Part shown: piece after piece, positions 19,458 through 30,235 of the stretch
How the letters are laid out: each line of letters opens with the position of its first letter
Position numbering within the stretch: the first letter of the stretch is position 1
Virus record (IMG/VR): IMGVR_UViG_3300023179_004209
Location: 1-64,000 of that record
Length of the DNA stretch: 64,000 nt
Strand: one strand, 5' to 3'
From: a virus
Taxonomy: Duplodnaviria; Heunggongvirae; Uroviricota; Caudoviricetes
Translations under genes and position numbers: made by a program
Notes under the pieces: model-generated
What the model was told of the DNA's origin: nothing
Databases searched by the model: none
The model's input: only the letters and a program-made list of their open reading frames with translations

Positions 19458-20444
19458 ATGCCATTTAAAAATAAAAAACATTTGTTACATTTAGTTCCTC
19501 ACGGTATTAACAGTGATGTATTTAGACCATTGAGTTCTACCGAGAAAATTATTAAAGACAAGAAGAAACAACTATTCGGCGATAAACAATACGATTTCGT
19601 TTTGTTTTATAATAGTCGCAACGTCCAACGTAAGAAGACTAGTAATGCAGTATTAGCTTTCAGAGCTTTCTGTGATAATCTTACACCAGAACAAGCAGCT
19701 AAATGTGCATTTGTATTACACACTGAAAAAGTACAAGATGCTGGAACAGACTTACCAGAAGTAATTAAGGCTTTGTGTCCAAATTATGATGTAATATTTG
19801 TTGAACATAAGATTAGTCCAGAAGAAATGTGTGCAATGTATAATATTGCAGATGCTACAATTCTTACCAGTTCTAACGAAGGATTTGGATTGAGTATTGC
19901 TGAATCAATTATGTGTGGTACTCCTGTAATTGTTAATGTTACTGGCGGATTGCAAGATCAAATTGGTCAAGTAGATGATGAAGGTAAACCAATCGAATTT
20001 GATTTAAATTTTGGTACTAATAGTGTTGGTAAATATAGAAATCATGGTGTATGGGCAAAGCCAATTTGGCCATGTGTCAAAACAATTCAGGGAAGTGTAC
20101 CAACACCATATATCTTTGATGATGTATGTACATGGGAAGAATCTGCAGAAGCAATCATGTATTGGTATTTAATGACACCAGAACAAAGAGAAAAGTGTGG
20201 ACTTGAAGGTCGTAGATGGGCAATGAATGAAGGTGGTATCAATGCTAAGAATATGTGTGATCAATTCATCAAAGCAATGGATTATACTATTAATAACTTT
20301 ATTCCTGAAGTAGGTTTTGATTTGTTTACAGTTAAAGATCATGTAGGAAATTATCAACCACATAATAGTATTGGTGTAGAAATTCCAAAGATTGATATTG
20401 ACAAATTAAAAAATGAAATCAATACTACAGTAGCTAAACTATGA
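19458..20444 (+). CDS. GT4-like glycosyltransferase, C-terminal half
   Basis: VPHGIN, SRNVQRK, SSNEGFGLSIAESIMCGTPVI. Confidence 0.8.
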   Translation: MPFKNKKHLLHLVPHGINSDVFRPLSSTEKIIKDKKKQLFGDKQYDFVLFYNSRNVQRKKTSNAVLAFRAFCDNLTPEQAAKCAFVLHTEKVQDAGTDLPEVIKALCPNYDVIFVEHKISPEEMCAMYNIADATILTSSNEGFGLSIAESIMCGTPVIVNVTGGLQDQIGQVDDEGKPIEFDLNFGTNSVGKYRNHGVWAKPIWPCVKTIQGSVPTPYIFDDVCTWEESAEAIMYWYLMTPEQREKCGLEGRRWAMNEGGINAKNMCDQFIKAMDYTINNFIPEVGFDLFTVKDHVGNYQPHNSIGVEIPKIDIDKLKNEINTTVAKL

Positions 20445-21148
20445 AGATTCAAGTTTTAAAAAACGAAACTTATCAGTCTACTGATAATCTACCAAAGAAA
20501 GGTACTGATAGAGCTACTGGTTTTGATGTAGTTGTTACAAGTGATCCAGAAATCGTTGGTGAACAGTATGAGAATGGTGCATACAAACGCATTGATTACA
20601 TTCAATACAAAACCAATCTTAAGTTAGCAGTTCAAAAAGAAAGACAATATAGTGGATTTGGTTACATTGATTTAGATTATGACATTCTAGCATTTCCTCG
20701 TAGTAGTGTTAGTAAGTATAATCTAGTATTAGCTAACTGTATTGGATTGATTGACGCAGATTATCGTGGTGAAGTATTACTTCGTTTCAAGTATATCTGG
20801 CAACCAGAAGATTATAGTATATATCCCCATCTATCAAATGACGGATCTCCATTATACAATTATATAGTAGGAAAACCAAATTCATCTAAACTCTATAATA
20901 AGGGTGATAAAGTTTGTCAACTCAAGGTAACAAAAGTTGAAAATGTAGAATTTGTTTTAGTAGACGAATTAGATTCTACAAATAGAGGTGAAGGTGGGTT
21001 TGGTAGCACTGATACTAAATCAACTGATAATACTAAACAAACAATAAAAAATATTGCGGATTTGTATGAAAAAATTAGTGGAAATATTACCACTCCATCA
21101 AAAAAATATGTAGATTCAATCAAAGAAAGAGAAAGACAATTAGGATAA
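20441..21148 (+). CDS. dut: Trimeric dUTPase
   Basis: ATGFD, PRSS, GLIDADYRGE, RGEGGFGST motifs. Confidence 0.93.
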   Translation: MKIQVLKNETYQSTDNLPKKGTDRATGFDVVVTSDPEIVGEQYENGAYKRIDYIQYKTNLKLAVQKERQYSGFGYIDLDYDILAFPRSSVSKYNLVLANCIGLIDADYRGEVLLRFKYIWQPEDYSIYPHLSNDGSPLYNYIVGKPNSSKLYNKGDKVCQLKVTKVENVEFVLVDELDSTNRGEGGFGSTDTKSTDNTKQTIKNIADLYEKISGNITTPSKKYVDSIKERERQLG

Positions 21149-21152
21149 ATTT

Positions 21153-22463
21153 ATGAGTAAACCATTATGTGTAATTCAAGGTCCAGTTTTTAATAGAAGT
21201 GGATATGGCGATTTGGCAACCGATCTAGCAAAAAGTCTTGTTAGATATGGTAAGTATGACGTTAAAATCAATCCTACTCGTTGGGGTGGTTGTCCATCTA
21301 AGACAACAATTGATGATTTGACTACAGAAGAAGACAAACAATTGGCAACAATGTTTCTTACCCAACCTTTGAATAAACAACCAGAACTATTTATTCAAAT
21401 CAGTATTCCAAATGAATTTCAACCAGTAGGCAAATATAATATTGGTATTACTGCTGGAATTGAAACTACTATGGCATCCGGTCAATTTGTCGATGGATTG
21501 AATCGAATGAACATGAATATTGTTACCAGCAATCATGTTAAAAAAGTATTTGAATCTGCTCAATATCAAAAACAATTTGAAGATGGCAGAAAAGAACTTC
21601 TTAAGAGTGAAAAACCAATGGAAGTATGTTTTTGGGGAGCAGACACTAATGTCTATAAAAAGACAAATGAAAAGGTCGATTCCATTGATAATGTTTTATC
21701 GTCTATTCCAGAAAAGTTTGCATTTTTATTTGTTGGTCAATGGACCCATAGAAGTTTATATAATGATCGTAAAGATATTGGAAATCTTATTAAGACATTT
21801 AGCAATGCATTTAAAAATAAATCTCCAGAGAATAGACCATGTTTGTTGTTAAAAACAAGCGGAGTAAATTTCTCAGTTGTTGATCGTGATGAAATATTAA
21901 ATAGAATTAAACAAATTCAAGCAGAAGTTGGTGATAATTGTCCAAATGTATATCTGCTTCACGGCGAATTAACTCCTACAGAAATGAATGCTTTGTTGAA
22001 CCATGACAAAGTAAAAGTACATGTAAGTTTTACTCACGGGGAAGGATTTGGGCATCCATTGTTACTTGCTACACTGAGTGGTAAACCAGTATTGTCATCA
22101 AATTGGAGTGGACATTTGGATTTCTTGAATCCTAAGTATACATCATTCTTTGAAGGTTCACTCAAACAAATTCATCCAGAATCTTCAAATGATTGGTTGA
22201 TTAAAGAATCCAGTTGGTTTTATGTTGCCTATGGATTGGCAGAAGATAAATTCAAACAATATTATCATAGCTATAACCAATCATATACTGATAAGGCAGA
22301 ACAACTTCGAATTGAAAATGCAGAGAAGTTTAGTCTTGATGCGATGGATAAAAAACTATGGGATATTTTTGACAAATACGTTCCGGAATTTGCGGTAGAA
22401 AAGAAAATCGTATTGCCTAAATTGAAGAAAATCGAACTTCCTAAAACAAACAAAACATCATAA
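21153..22463 (+). CDS. GT-B (family 4-like) glycosyltransferase
   Basis: SGYG, TAGIET, DRKDIG, THGEGFGHPLL, SNWSGHLDF. Confidence 0.8.
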   Translation: MSKPLCVIQGPVFNRSGYGDLATDLAKSLVRYGKYDVKINPTRWGGCPSKTTIDDLTTEEDKQLATMFLTQPLNKQPELFIQISIPNEFQPVGKYNIGITAGIETTMASGQFVDGLNRMNMNIVTSNHVKKVFESAQYQKQFEDGRKELLKSEKPMEVCFWGADTNVYKKTNEKVDSIDNVLSSIPEKFAFLFVGQWTHRSLYNDRKDIGNLIKTFSNAFKNKSPENRPCLLLKTSGVNFSVVDRDEILNRIKQIQAEVGDNCPNVYLLHGELTPTEMNALLNHDKVKVHVSFTHGEGFGHPLLLATLSGKPVLSSNWSGHLDFLNPKYTSFFEGSLKQIHPESSNDWLIKESSWFYVAYGLAEDKFKQYYHSYNQSYTDKAEQLRIENAEKFSLDAMDKKLWDIFDKYVPEFAVEKKIVLPKLKKIELPKTNKTS

Positions 22464-22464
22464 T

Positions 22465-23133
22465 ATGTCAAAACCATTTATATCATACTTAGTAACTTGT
22501 AAAAATACAGGATTTGAACTTCAAATTCTACTAGAAAGACTATTTAAGTATGGTCAAAATAATGAATGTATCGTATTAGATGATTATAGTGAAAATCCAG
22601 ATACATTACAAATATTAAATAATGTATCTGGTAATGCTTTTTATAAAGTATACAAACATAAATTAGATAAAAATTACAGTGAACATAAAAATTACGGTAA
22701 GAATCAATGTCAAGGAGAATATATTTTTCAAATTGATGATGATGAATTACCTTCAGAAATATTGTTAGAATCATTAAATGAATTAATTGAATTAAATAAT
22801 GATGTTGACTTATTCTGGATTCCTCGTATAAATGATTTTAAAGGAGTAAACCATAATAATGCAAAACAATGGGGTTGGAGATTAATCCCTTATGAAGATA
22901 GATTGATTGTTAATTGGCCAGATCCACAAGGTAGATTATTTAAAAATGTACCTTATATTGAATGGAAACGTAGATTACATGAAAAAGTAGAAGGTGCAAA
23001 GACATATGTTCATTTACCCGCAGTATATGAATTGGCTTTGCATCATAACAAAACAATCGAAAAACAGATTGAGACAAATGTAAAATACAATAAATTATTT
23101 ACTGAAGAAGAAAATAAAGGATTTAAGGTATAG
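22465..23133 (+). CDS. GT2 glycosyltransferase
   Basis: VLDDYS, KNYG, YIFQIDDDE, WPD.Q.R, LHE. Confidence 0.85.
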   Translation: MSKPFISYLVTCKNTGFELQILLERLFKYGQNNECIVLDDYSENPDTLQILNNVSGNAFYKVYKHKLDKNYSEHKNYGKNQCQGEYIFQIDDDELPSEILLESLNELIELNNDVDLFWIPRINDFKGVNHNNAKQWGWRLIPYEDRLIVNWPDPQGRLFKNVPYIEWKRRLHEKVEGAKTYVHLPAVYELALHHNKTIEKQIETNVKYNKLFTEEENKGFKV

Positions 23134-23182
23134 TCTATATAAAAAATAGACATATTATCAATACTGTAATATAAAGATAAAC

Positions 23183-24490
23183 ATGGATAAAATCTTAGAA
23201 GAAATCAGTTCTTATATCAAAGAAAAACAATCAAACAAAAAATGGGAAGCCGGTAAAGATTGGGTGCAATATGCCGGTCCTTTTTTTGATGATAAAGAAT
23301 ATATTGCGGCTATTAAATCATTATTAAACGAATGGTTAGTATTAGGACAAGACGCAATTACATTTGAAACAAATTTTCCAAAATTATTTAATAAAGAATA
23401 TGGAATTCTTACAAACAGTGGTAGCAGTTCCAATTTATTAATGATGTTAGCAATGACATCTAAACGATTATATAATTTACCAAAGGGAACTAAAGTAATA
23501 ACTCCTATTGCTGGATTTCCTACTACATTAAACCCAATTTTTCAAGTAGGATTTGAACCTGTATTTGTTGACATTGACTTGGATACATTAAACCTTAACT
23601 TAGATCAAGTTGAAGAACAAGCAAAGAAGGGAGCCAAAATAATTACATTTGCACATGTATTAGGCAATCCACCTAATATGAATCGACTAATGAATATTGT
23701 TAAACAATACAATCTAATTTTATTAGAAGATTGTTGTGACGCTCTTGGTTCAATGTATGATGGCAAACCTCTTGGAAGTTTTGGTGAATTGGCTAGTTGT
23801 AGTTTTTATCCTGCTCACCATATGACTATGGGAGAAGGAGGATTTGTTGTATGTAATACTAAAATTCAAGAAATAGTTACTCGCAGCTTTCGTGAATGGG
23901 GGCGTGGATGTTATTGTGTCGGTAAAAAAGCAAATCTACTAAAAAATGGTAGTTGTAGTACTAGATTTTCAAATTGGTTACCAGAACTACCAGATGAAAT
24001 ATTTGATCATAAATACGTTTACGATGAAATTGGATATAATTTAAAACCAATTGAACTACAAGCTTCTATCGGTTTAGAACAGTTAAAGAAATTGCCTGAA
24101 ATTCATCGTAGAAGAAAAGAAAATCATGCTAGATTAGTTAATATATTCAAGACATATGAAGAATATTTTCTATTACCAATTGCGACTGATTTATCCGATC
24201 CTAGTTGGTTTGCATTTGCAGTAACTATTAAAAACAATTCGTTGTTTAAACGTAAAGATATTGTGGATTATTTAGAATCAAATAAAATCCAAACCAGACC
24301 ATATTTCGCAGGTAATATTATGTTACAACCAGCATATACTGGATTAATAGATAAAACTGAAGTAATTTCTAAATATCCTAATGCAAGAAAAGTAACAACC
24401 GATACCTTTTTCTTAGGAACTAGTCCAGTAATTACTTCAGAACAATTAGATTACATACAAGAAAAAGTAGAGTCATTTTTTAAGAAATAA
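23183..24490 (+). CDS. rfbH: NDP-4-keto-6-deoxyhexose 3-dehydrase (E1/RfbH/DdhC), PMP and [2Fe-2S] dependent
   Basis: NSGSSSNL, HVLGNP, EDCCDALG, SFYPAHHMTMGEGG (His at the PLP-Lys position), WGRGCYC, DHKYVY..IGYNLK. Confidence 0.9.
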   Translation: MDKILEEISSYIKEKQSNKKWEAGKDWVQYAGPFFDDKEYIAAIKSLLNEWLVLGQDAITFETNFPKLFNKEYGILTNSGSSSNLLMMLAMTSKRLYNLPKGTKVITPIAGFPTTLNPIFQVGFEPVFVDIDLDTLNLNLDQVEEQAKKGAKIITFAHVLGNPPNMNRLMNIVKQYNLILLEDCCDALGSMYDGKPLGSFGELASCSFYPAHHMTMGEGGFVVCNTKIQEIVTRSFREWGRGCYCVGKKANLLKNGSCSTRFSNWLPELPDEIFDHKYVYDEIGYNLKPIELQASIGLEQLKKLPEIHRRRKENHARLVNIFKTYEEYFLLPIATDLSDPSWFAFAVTIKNNSLFKRKDIVDYLESNKIQTRPYFAGNIMLQPAYTGLIDKTEVISKYPNARKVTTDTFFLGTSPVITSEQLDYIQEKVESFFKK

Positions 24491-24496
24491 AATTAT

Positions 24497-25453
24497 ATGA
24501 AAATAGTATATATTACAGGATGTTTAGGGTTCATTGGATCTTATGTTGCCAGAGAATGTTTAAATAAAGGATGGTATGTCAGAGGGATTGATAAAATCAC
24601 TTATGCTGCACAACCAGAGATTCTTAAAGAATTCAATAAATATGAAAATTTTAGTTTTGATAAGTCTGATATAAATGATCTAGATAGATTGATTGACTGT
24701 GATTATTTTATCAATATTGCTGCAGAATCTCACGTAGACAATTCAATTAGAAAAAGTGATGATTTTGTTCATTCTAATATTAACGGTGTACATAATATAT
24801 TAGAATTGTTAAGAAATTATAACAAACAAGGACAAGTAAAACCATTATTAATACACTTTAGCACGGATGAAGTTTATGGTGATATTGAACACGGTGAACA
24901 TATAGAAACAGATATACTGAAACCAAGCAATCCATACGCTGCAACAAAAGCAGCAGCAGATCAACTAATATTGGCATGGGCAAGAACATACAATTTAAAA
25001 TATGTAATTGTCAGACCAACAAACAATTATGGTATCGGACAGTATGTGGAAAAGTTAATACCAAAAACATGTAAGTATATTGCTTTGGGAAGAAAAGTAC
25101 CACTTCATAATAATGGTACACCGATTAGAAATTGGTTACATGCAAAAGATACTGCAAGAGGTATTATAACTATTATAGAATCGGGTGTTGAAAATGAGAT
25201 TTATAATATTGCAGGAGGATTTGAACAATCAAATATAGTTACATTAGAAAAAATTGTGAAAGAATATTTTGGAGAATTGGTACCAGGATATAAAGAAAAA
25301 TACATTGATTTTTCATTGACACGAATTGGACAAGATGTAAGATATGCGTTAAATGACGACAAATTAAGAAATTTGGGATGGTCTCCTCAATGTCAATTTG
25401 ACAAAGAACTAAAGAAAATAGTACAATTTTACAAAAACAATTTTATATGGTAA
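24497..25453 (+). CDS. rfbB: dTDP-glucose 4,6-dehydratase-like SDR
   Basis: TGCLGFIG, AAESHVDNSI, STDEVYG, PYAATK, NNYG..Q..EKLIP. Confidence 0.88.
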   Translation: MKIVYITGCLGFIGSYVARECLNKGWYVRGIDKITYAAQPEILKEFNKYENFSFDKSDINDLDRLIDCDYFINIAAESHVDNSIRKSDDFVHSNINGVHNILELLRNYNKQGQVKPLLIHFSTDEVYGDIEHGEHIETDILKPSNPYAATKAAADQLILAWARTYNLKYVIVRPTNNYGIGQYVEKLIPKTCKYIALGRKVPLHNNGTPIRNWLHAKDTARGIITIIESGVENEIYNIAGGFEQSNIVTLEKIVKEYFGELVPGYKEKYIDFSLTRIGQDVRYALNDDKLRNLGWSPQCQFDKELKKIVQFYKNNFIW

Positions 25454-27243
25454 ATTATAACAAAAACGATTATTTAGCAGCGGACTTAATATCAGATTTT
25501 CTTGAAGAAAAAGAAATACAAACTGTATTTGGTATAATTGGTTCAGCAAATTCTTATATATTCGATTCAATTGCTCGTAAAGGATATACTAAAGTAATCT
25601 ATATGCATCATGAACAAGCGGTCGTAATGGCAGCCGGTTCGTATTATAGAACAACAGGAAAAGTTACCGCCGCAATTGTTACAGCAGGTGCAGGTGCATC
25701 TAACGCTATTACTGGTGTTTTGTGTAATTGGGCAGATTCTATTCCTTGTATTGTTATTTCCGGACAAGAATCAACAAAATATGTCAACGAACATTCACAT
25801 TTAAGAATGTTAGGTACTCAAGGATTTAATGTATCTAAAATGGTAAAAGATATAGTTAAATTCAGTACAATCATCAAAAACAAATCACAGTTATTGTCTT
25901 CATTGGAAGAATCATATCACATCACTACAAATGGAAGACCAGGACCTGTATGGATTGACATTCCCATGGATATGCAATCTGCAATTCTAAATAAAGAAGA
26001 TCTAATCAAATACGAATTACCTGTAAATCCCACAGAAAATTATAATGTATCAAATATCGTAGATTTAATTAAAAGTTCTGTTCGTCCTGTAATTCTTGCG
26101 GGACATGGTGTAAGACTGTCTAAGTCACAAATAGAATTAAAAAAATTAATTGAAAAGTTAAAAATCCCAGTCGTACTTTCTTGGTCTGGTATTGACAATC
26201 TTTCGTTTGATCATGAGTATAATTTTGGATGTCCTGGATTATATGGTCAACGTTGTGCAAATTTTGTAATACAAAACTGTGATCTATTAATTGTACTTGG
26301 AAGTAGATTAGCTCTTCCACAAACAGGATACAATATAAACAATTTTGCGCCAGAAGCAAAGATTGTAATGATCAATAATGATGAAGGAGAATTGAAAAAA
26401 CATTCTCGGTATGACATTACGATCAACAGTGATTGTAAAGATTTTATAAATAAATTGCTTTTAGAAGACATTACATGTTATAAAAATCAATGGTATCAAC
26501 AATGTTTAACGTATAAAAAGAATTTTCCATTAGTAGAAAAATGTCATTTAGAAGATAATCTAAAACATGACAATTCTTATGTTTTTATAAATAATATATC
26601 AAAGTTATTAAAAAACGACGATGTAATTGTTATAGGACAAGGAACCCCACTACCATCATGTCATCAGTCACTTGAAATAAAAAATGGTCAGACCGTATTT
26701 GCATCAAATGGGTTAGGTGAAATGGGAAATGGATTACCATCTGCAATTGGTGCTTCATTTGCTGCAAAAGATCGTAATGTAATATTATTTGACGGTGATG
26801 GTAGTATGATGATGAATCTTCAGGAATTGCAAACAATTGTAGGATATAAACTCCCAATAAAAATTATTATTTTTAATAATGAAGGATATTTGTTCATCAA
26901 ACATACACAAAAAATGTTGTTCAATGGAAGATATACTGGTGTCAATGCAGATACTGGTGTAAGTCTTCCAAGTTTTAAACGTATAGCTGATGCATTTGAA
27001 ATTCCTTATTTTAACACTAAAAATAATTCCGTAGAAGACTTTTTAAATCATCAAGGATATGCTATACTGGAATGTTATATGAATCCAGAACAAGATTTGG
27101 TGCCAAAAGTTAAAGGTATTTTAACCAAAGATGGAATTTTACCACCTCCAATTGAAGATATGTCTCCTTTGCTTTCAATAGAAACACTTGAAAGTAATAT
27201 GGTTATAAAAGTAAATGATATTTCTTATAAAATTAGAAAATGA
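25447..27243 (+). CDS. TPP-dependent acetolactate-synthase-family enzyme (YerE-like sugar C-C ligase by context)
   Basis: HHEQA, GRPGPVWIDIP.D, GEMG.GLPSAIG, GDGS.MMN.QEL...NN. Confidence 0.85.
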   Translation: MVNYNKNDYLAADLISDFLEEKEIQTVFGIIGSANSYIFDSIARKGYTKVIYMHHEQAVVMAAGSYYRTTGKVTAAIVTAGAGASNAITGVLCNWADSIPCIVISGQESTKYVNEHSHLRMLGTQGFNVSKMVKDIVKFSTIIKNKSQLLSSLEESYHITTNGRPGPVWIDIPMDMQSAILNKEDLIKYELPVNPTENYNVSNIVDLIKSSVRPVILAGHGVRLSKSQIELKKLIEKLKIPVVLSWSGIDNLSFDHEYNFGCPGLYGQRCANFVIQNCDLLIVLGSRLALPQTGYNINNFAPEAKIVMINNDEGELKKHSRYDITINSDCKDFINKLLLEDITCYKNQWYQQCLTYKKNFPLVEKCHLEDNLKHDNSYVFINNISKLLKNDDVIVIGQGTPLPSCHQSLEIKNGQTVFASNGLGEMGNGLPSAIGASFAAKDRNVILFDGDGSMMMNLQELQTIVGYKLPIKIIIFNNEGYLFIKHTQKMLFNGRYTGVNADTGVSLPSFKRIADAFEIPYFNTKNNSVEDFLNHQGYAILECYMNPEQDLVPKVKGILTKDGILPPPIEDMSPLLSIETLESNMVIKVNDISYKIRK

Positions 27244-27938
27244 ATCTAACTTTACAAACAATTCCCTCTACATTAATTTCTGAATTGTTCTCCAATTCTA
27301 AATTTGATGGTGTTGTATTAGATACTGAACACGGTAACTTTAATAATGAAACGTTATATTCTTGTATACAAGTAATAACTTTATACAAAAAACAATGTTT
27401 TGTTAGATTCACTGATTTAAATAAAACTTTGGTGAGAATGTGTTTAGATGCAGGAGCAACTGGTGTAATTTTTTCTACTGTAGAATCATATGACCAAGGA
27501 AAAGAAATTGTAGATTTTTGTAAATATCCATTATATAATGGAAAAAGAGGGTGTGGTCTTGTAAGAGAAAATCAGTGGGGAGATGATTGTATAGGAACAA
27601 AGATGCCAATTATAATTGGACAAATAGAAACAAAAAAATCCGTAGACAATTTAAAATCTATTTATAAATGTGGATTTGATATGTTTATTATAGGTCCATA
27701 TGACTTATCAAATAGTCTTGGATGTGTATGTAAATGGGAAAGTTCGTTATATAAAAAATACGTCAATAAAATCTATAATATAATCGACAAAGATAAATTA
27801 GGAATGTTTCTTCCTACATTTAAAAATATAGAACAATTTAATTCTGATAAAAAAGAAAACAAAATTGTACCTAAATTAATTATATGGGGAATGGATACGG
27901 ATTTTATTAAAAATGGAATAAACACTGTAAAATTATGA
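27240..27938 (+). CDS. HpcH/HpaI aldolase family protein
   Basis: LDTEHG, LDAGA.G, G.RG, QIET, IGPYDLS.SLG. Confidence 0.85.
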   Translation: MNLTLQTIPSTLISELFSNSKFDGVVLDTEHGNFNNETLYSCIQVITLYKKQCFVRFTDLNKTLVRMCLDAGATGVIFSTVESYDQGKEIVDFCKYPLYNGKRGCGLVRENQWGDDCIGTKMPIIIGQIETKKSVDNLKSIYKCGFDMFIIGPYDLSNSLGCVCKWESSLYKKYVNKIYNIIDKDKLGMFLPTFKNIEQFNSDKKENKIVPKLIIWGMDTDFIKNGINTVKL

Positions 27939-28687
27939 TTGTTAATTTAATAAAAAATTTAGAGTTATTATCAACTAATTATGGAATCATCGGATTAAAA
28001 CAATCATTTGAAGATGAAGGTGTTAATTTAGATGATTTACTCGTAGTTAGAAGAATTACAGATATTTGTAATCTTAAATGTTTTGTTAAAATTGGTGGAT
28101 GTGAAGCTAAAACCGATATAAACAATTGCATCAAATATGGTATAAATGATATAATTGCACCCATGGTGGAATCTTCATTTGCATTGTCTAAATTTACTGA
28201 TATCACATCATTACATTCAGACAGAATGCACTCTTATATAGTTATAGAAACGAAAACTGCATATGAAAATTTAGATGATATATTAAAATATGGCAATAAT
28301 AAGTTAAACGGAATTATTATTGGTAGATCGGATTTTTCAAAATCATATTTCATGAATAAATCAGAAGTAAATTGTGATTTTATATTTGATAAAGTAAAAG
28401 ACATTCTTATAAAATCTAAAAAATATAATTATTCAACTACATTAGGAGGTAATATATCTACAAAAAGTGTAGAATTTATTAAAAAAATGTATTTTGACAA
28501 TTTGTTGGATAAAATTGAAACTAGAAATGTAGTTATTAAACTGAACGACTATAATATTCATTATTTAGAAAAAACAATTCAATCTGCACTTGAATATGAA
28601 ATCGAATTGTTAAAATATAAAAGAAACAATTTTATATTGACTGTTAATGAATTAGATGACAGAATAAAGTCTTTAACTAATAGATAA
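27935..28687 (+). CDS. HpcH/citrate-lyase-like aldolase-fold protein
   Basis: KQSFEDEG, VKIGGCEA, APMVES, VIET, IGRSD. Confidence 0.7.
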   Translation: MIVNLIKNLELLSTNYGIIGLKQSFEDEGVNLDDLLVVRRITDICNLKCFVKIGGCEAKTDINNCIKYGINDIIAPMVESSFALSKFTDITSLHSDRMHSYIVIETKTAYENLDDILKYGNNKLNGIIIGRSDFSKSYFMNKSEVNCDFIFDKVKDILIKSKKYNYSTTLGGNISTKSVEFIKKMYFDNLLDKIETRNVVIKLNDYNIHYLEKTIQSALEYEIELLKYKRNNFILTVNELDDRIKSLTNR

Positions 28688-28691
28688 TAAC

Positions 28692-29849
28692 ATGAAAACA
28701 CGATTTGAAATCTTACAAGACATTGTTCATAAAGAACAATGTTTTAAAATGATATGTGGGGCAGGAAACGAAGATAAAAGTCAAGTTAAAAAATTGGCTT
28801 TTATTTATACTTTAGCAGGTACAAAAATCCTAGATGTATCTGCTAATGTTGATATTGTAAAATCTGCAATGGAAGGAATTGATTTGGCATACGAATATGC
28901 TCACAAGTTAGATGTTACGATTGAACATAGACCATATATCATGGTTAGTGTTGGTATGCCAGGAGATCCTCATGTAAGAAAATCATTTATCGATCCAAAT
29001 AAATGTATTTCATGTACATTATGTATTCCCATTTGCCCAACCGATGCAATTCCAAAAGACTTTACTAAAAATCTAGAGTTTTTTAGAAATTTAAATGGAT
29101 CGTTCGATGTAGAAGATCAATCAAAAGAAATTGTTATTAAAGATCTTTGTATTGGATGTGGTAAATGTAGTAGTATTTGTCCAAAGTCAGATATTATATC
29201 ATATCGGCATAATGCAAGAGAAATAAACAAATTGTTACCAAAATGCATGGAGGCGGGAGCAGAATTATTTGAACTTCATGCTGCTGTTGGCGAAGATGAT
29301 ATTACATTACAAGAGTGGAAACTTATTAATGAAATTAATCCAACCAATTATAATTCTATGTGTCTTGATAGACTAAATCTTGGCAATTTGCGATTAGAAC
29401 ATAGAATTCAAGAAGCAAGGAAAGTATCTGGAAATCGTTTAATGATTCAAGCAGATGGTTATCCAATGAGTGGAGGAGAAGACGATTATAACACTACTTT
29501 ACAAGCAATTGCATGTGCAGATGTTGTAAATAAAAAATTCAACATGAGAATTGATAAAAAACGTGGTGTAGATAAACTCGGAAAACCAAAGATCTCATCA
29601 AAGAAAATTTATAAAGATATAAATGATGTTGACAACATTCCACTTCTAATTTCAGGAGGAACAAATTCATTTAGTAAAGAATTAGCTGAAAAAGCAGGTG
29701 TAAGAATCAATGGTGTATCAATTGGAACATTTGCCAGAGATTTAATTGAAGAATTCATTACATCAAACGATTTCTATAACAATGATGAATTAATCAAACT
29801 TGCATTTTTAAACGCAAAAGAGTTAATTAACAAAAGTAATAAACAATAA
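28692..29849 (+). CDS. ldpA: LdpA-like Fe-S protein (TIM-barrel-like with inserted 2x[4Fe-4S] ferredoxin)
   Basis: FKMICGAG...YTLAG..DVSA, MVSV...DPHVRK, CISCTLCIPICP and CIGCGKCSSICP, ELH, QADGYPMSG, SGGTN, GVSIG. Confidence 0.8.
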   Translation: MKTRFEILQDIVHKEQCFKMICGAGNEDKSQVKKLAFIYTLAGTKILDVSANVDIVKSAMEGIDLAYEYAHKLDVTIEHRPYIMVSVGMPGDPHVRKSFIDPNKCISCTLCIPICPTDAIPKDFTKNLEFFRNLNGSFDVEDQSKEIVIKDLCIGCGKCSSICPKSDIISYRHNAREINKLLPKCMEAGAELFELHAAVGEDDITLQEWKLINEINPTNYNSMCLDRLNLGNLRLEHRIQEARKVSGNRLMIQADGYPMSGGEDDYNTTLQAIACADVVNKKFNMRIDKKRGVDKLGKPKISSKKIYKDINDVDNIPLLISGGTNSFSKELAEKAGVRINGVSIGTFARDLIEEFITSNDFYNNDELIKLAFLNAKELINKSNKQ

Positions 29850-29854
29850 AATAT

Positions 29855-30235
29855 ATGAAACAATTAGTTATAGCAGTCGATTTTGATGGTACTCTATGTG
29901 AGTATGCATTTCCATCTATTGGAAAACAGACAGAACAACAAAAAAATCTATTGGACCTCTTAATCAAACTAAGAGAAAAAGGACATTATTTGATTCTTTG
30001 GACTAACAGAGGAGATAATGAAAAATTGAAATGTTTGTCTGAAGCAATTGAATGGTGTAAACAACAAGGATTGGAATTTGATCAAGTCAACAAAAATAAT
30101 CCAGAAAGAGAAGCCAAAAAACTATCTGGGTCTAGTCCAAAAATCCTAGCAGATTACTATATAGATGATAAAGCACTCGAATTTGGAAACGAATTAGTAA
30201 GAATCAAAACTTTAGAATTTTTGTCTAAACTATGA
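29855..30235 (+). CDS. Small HAD-superfamily hydrolase
   Basis: AVDFDGT, WT.R, K..ADYYIDDK. Confidence 0.8.
   Translation: MKQLVIAVDFDGTLCEYAFPSIGKQTEQQKNLLDLLIKLREKGHYLILWTNRGDNEKLKCLSEAIEWCKQQGLEFDQVNKNNPEREAKKLSGSSPKILADYYIDDKALEFGNELVRIKTLEFLSKL

Noticed and set aside
28692-29849. Phage manipulation of a cyanobacterial circadian clock
   Set aside because: No kai or photosynthesis genes in the window, and the gene is embedded in a sugar operon.
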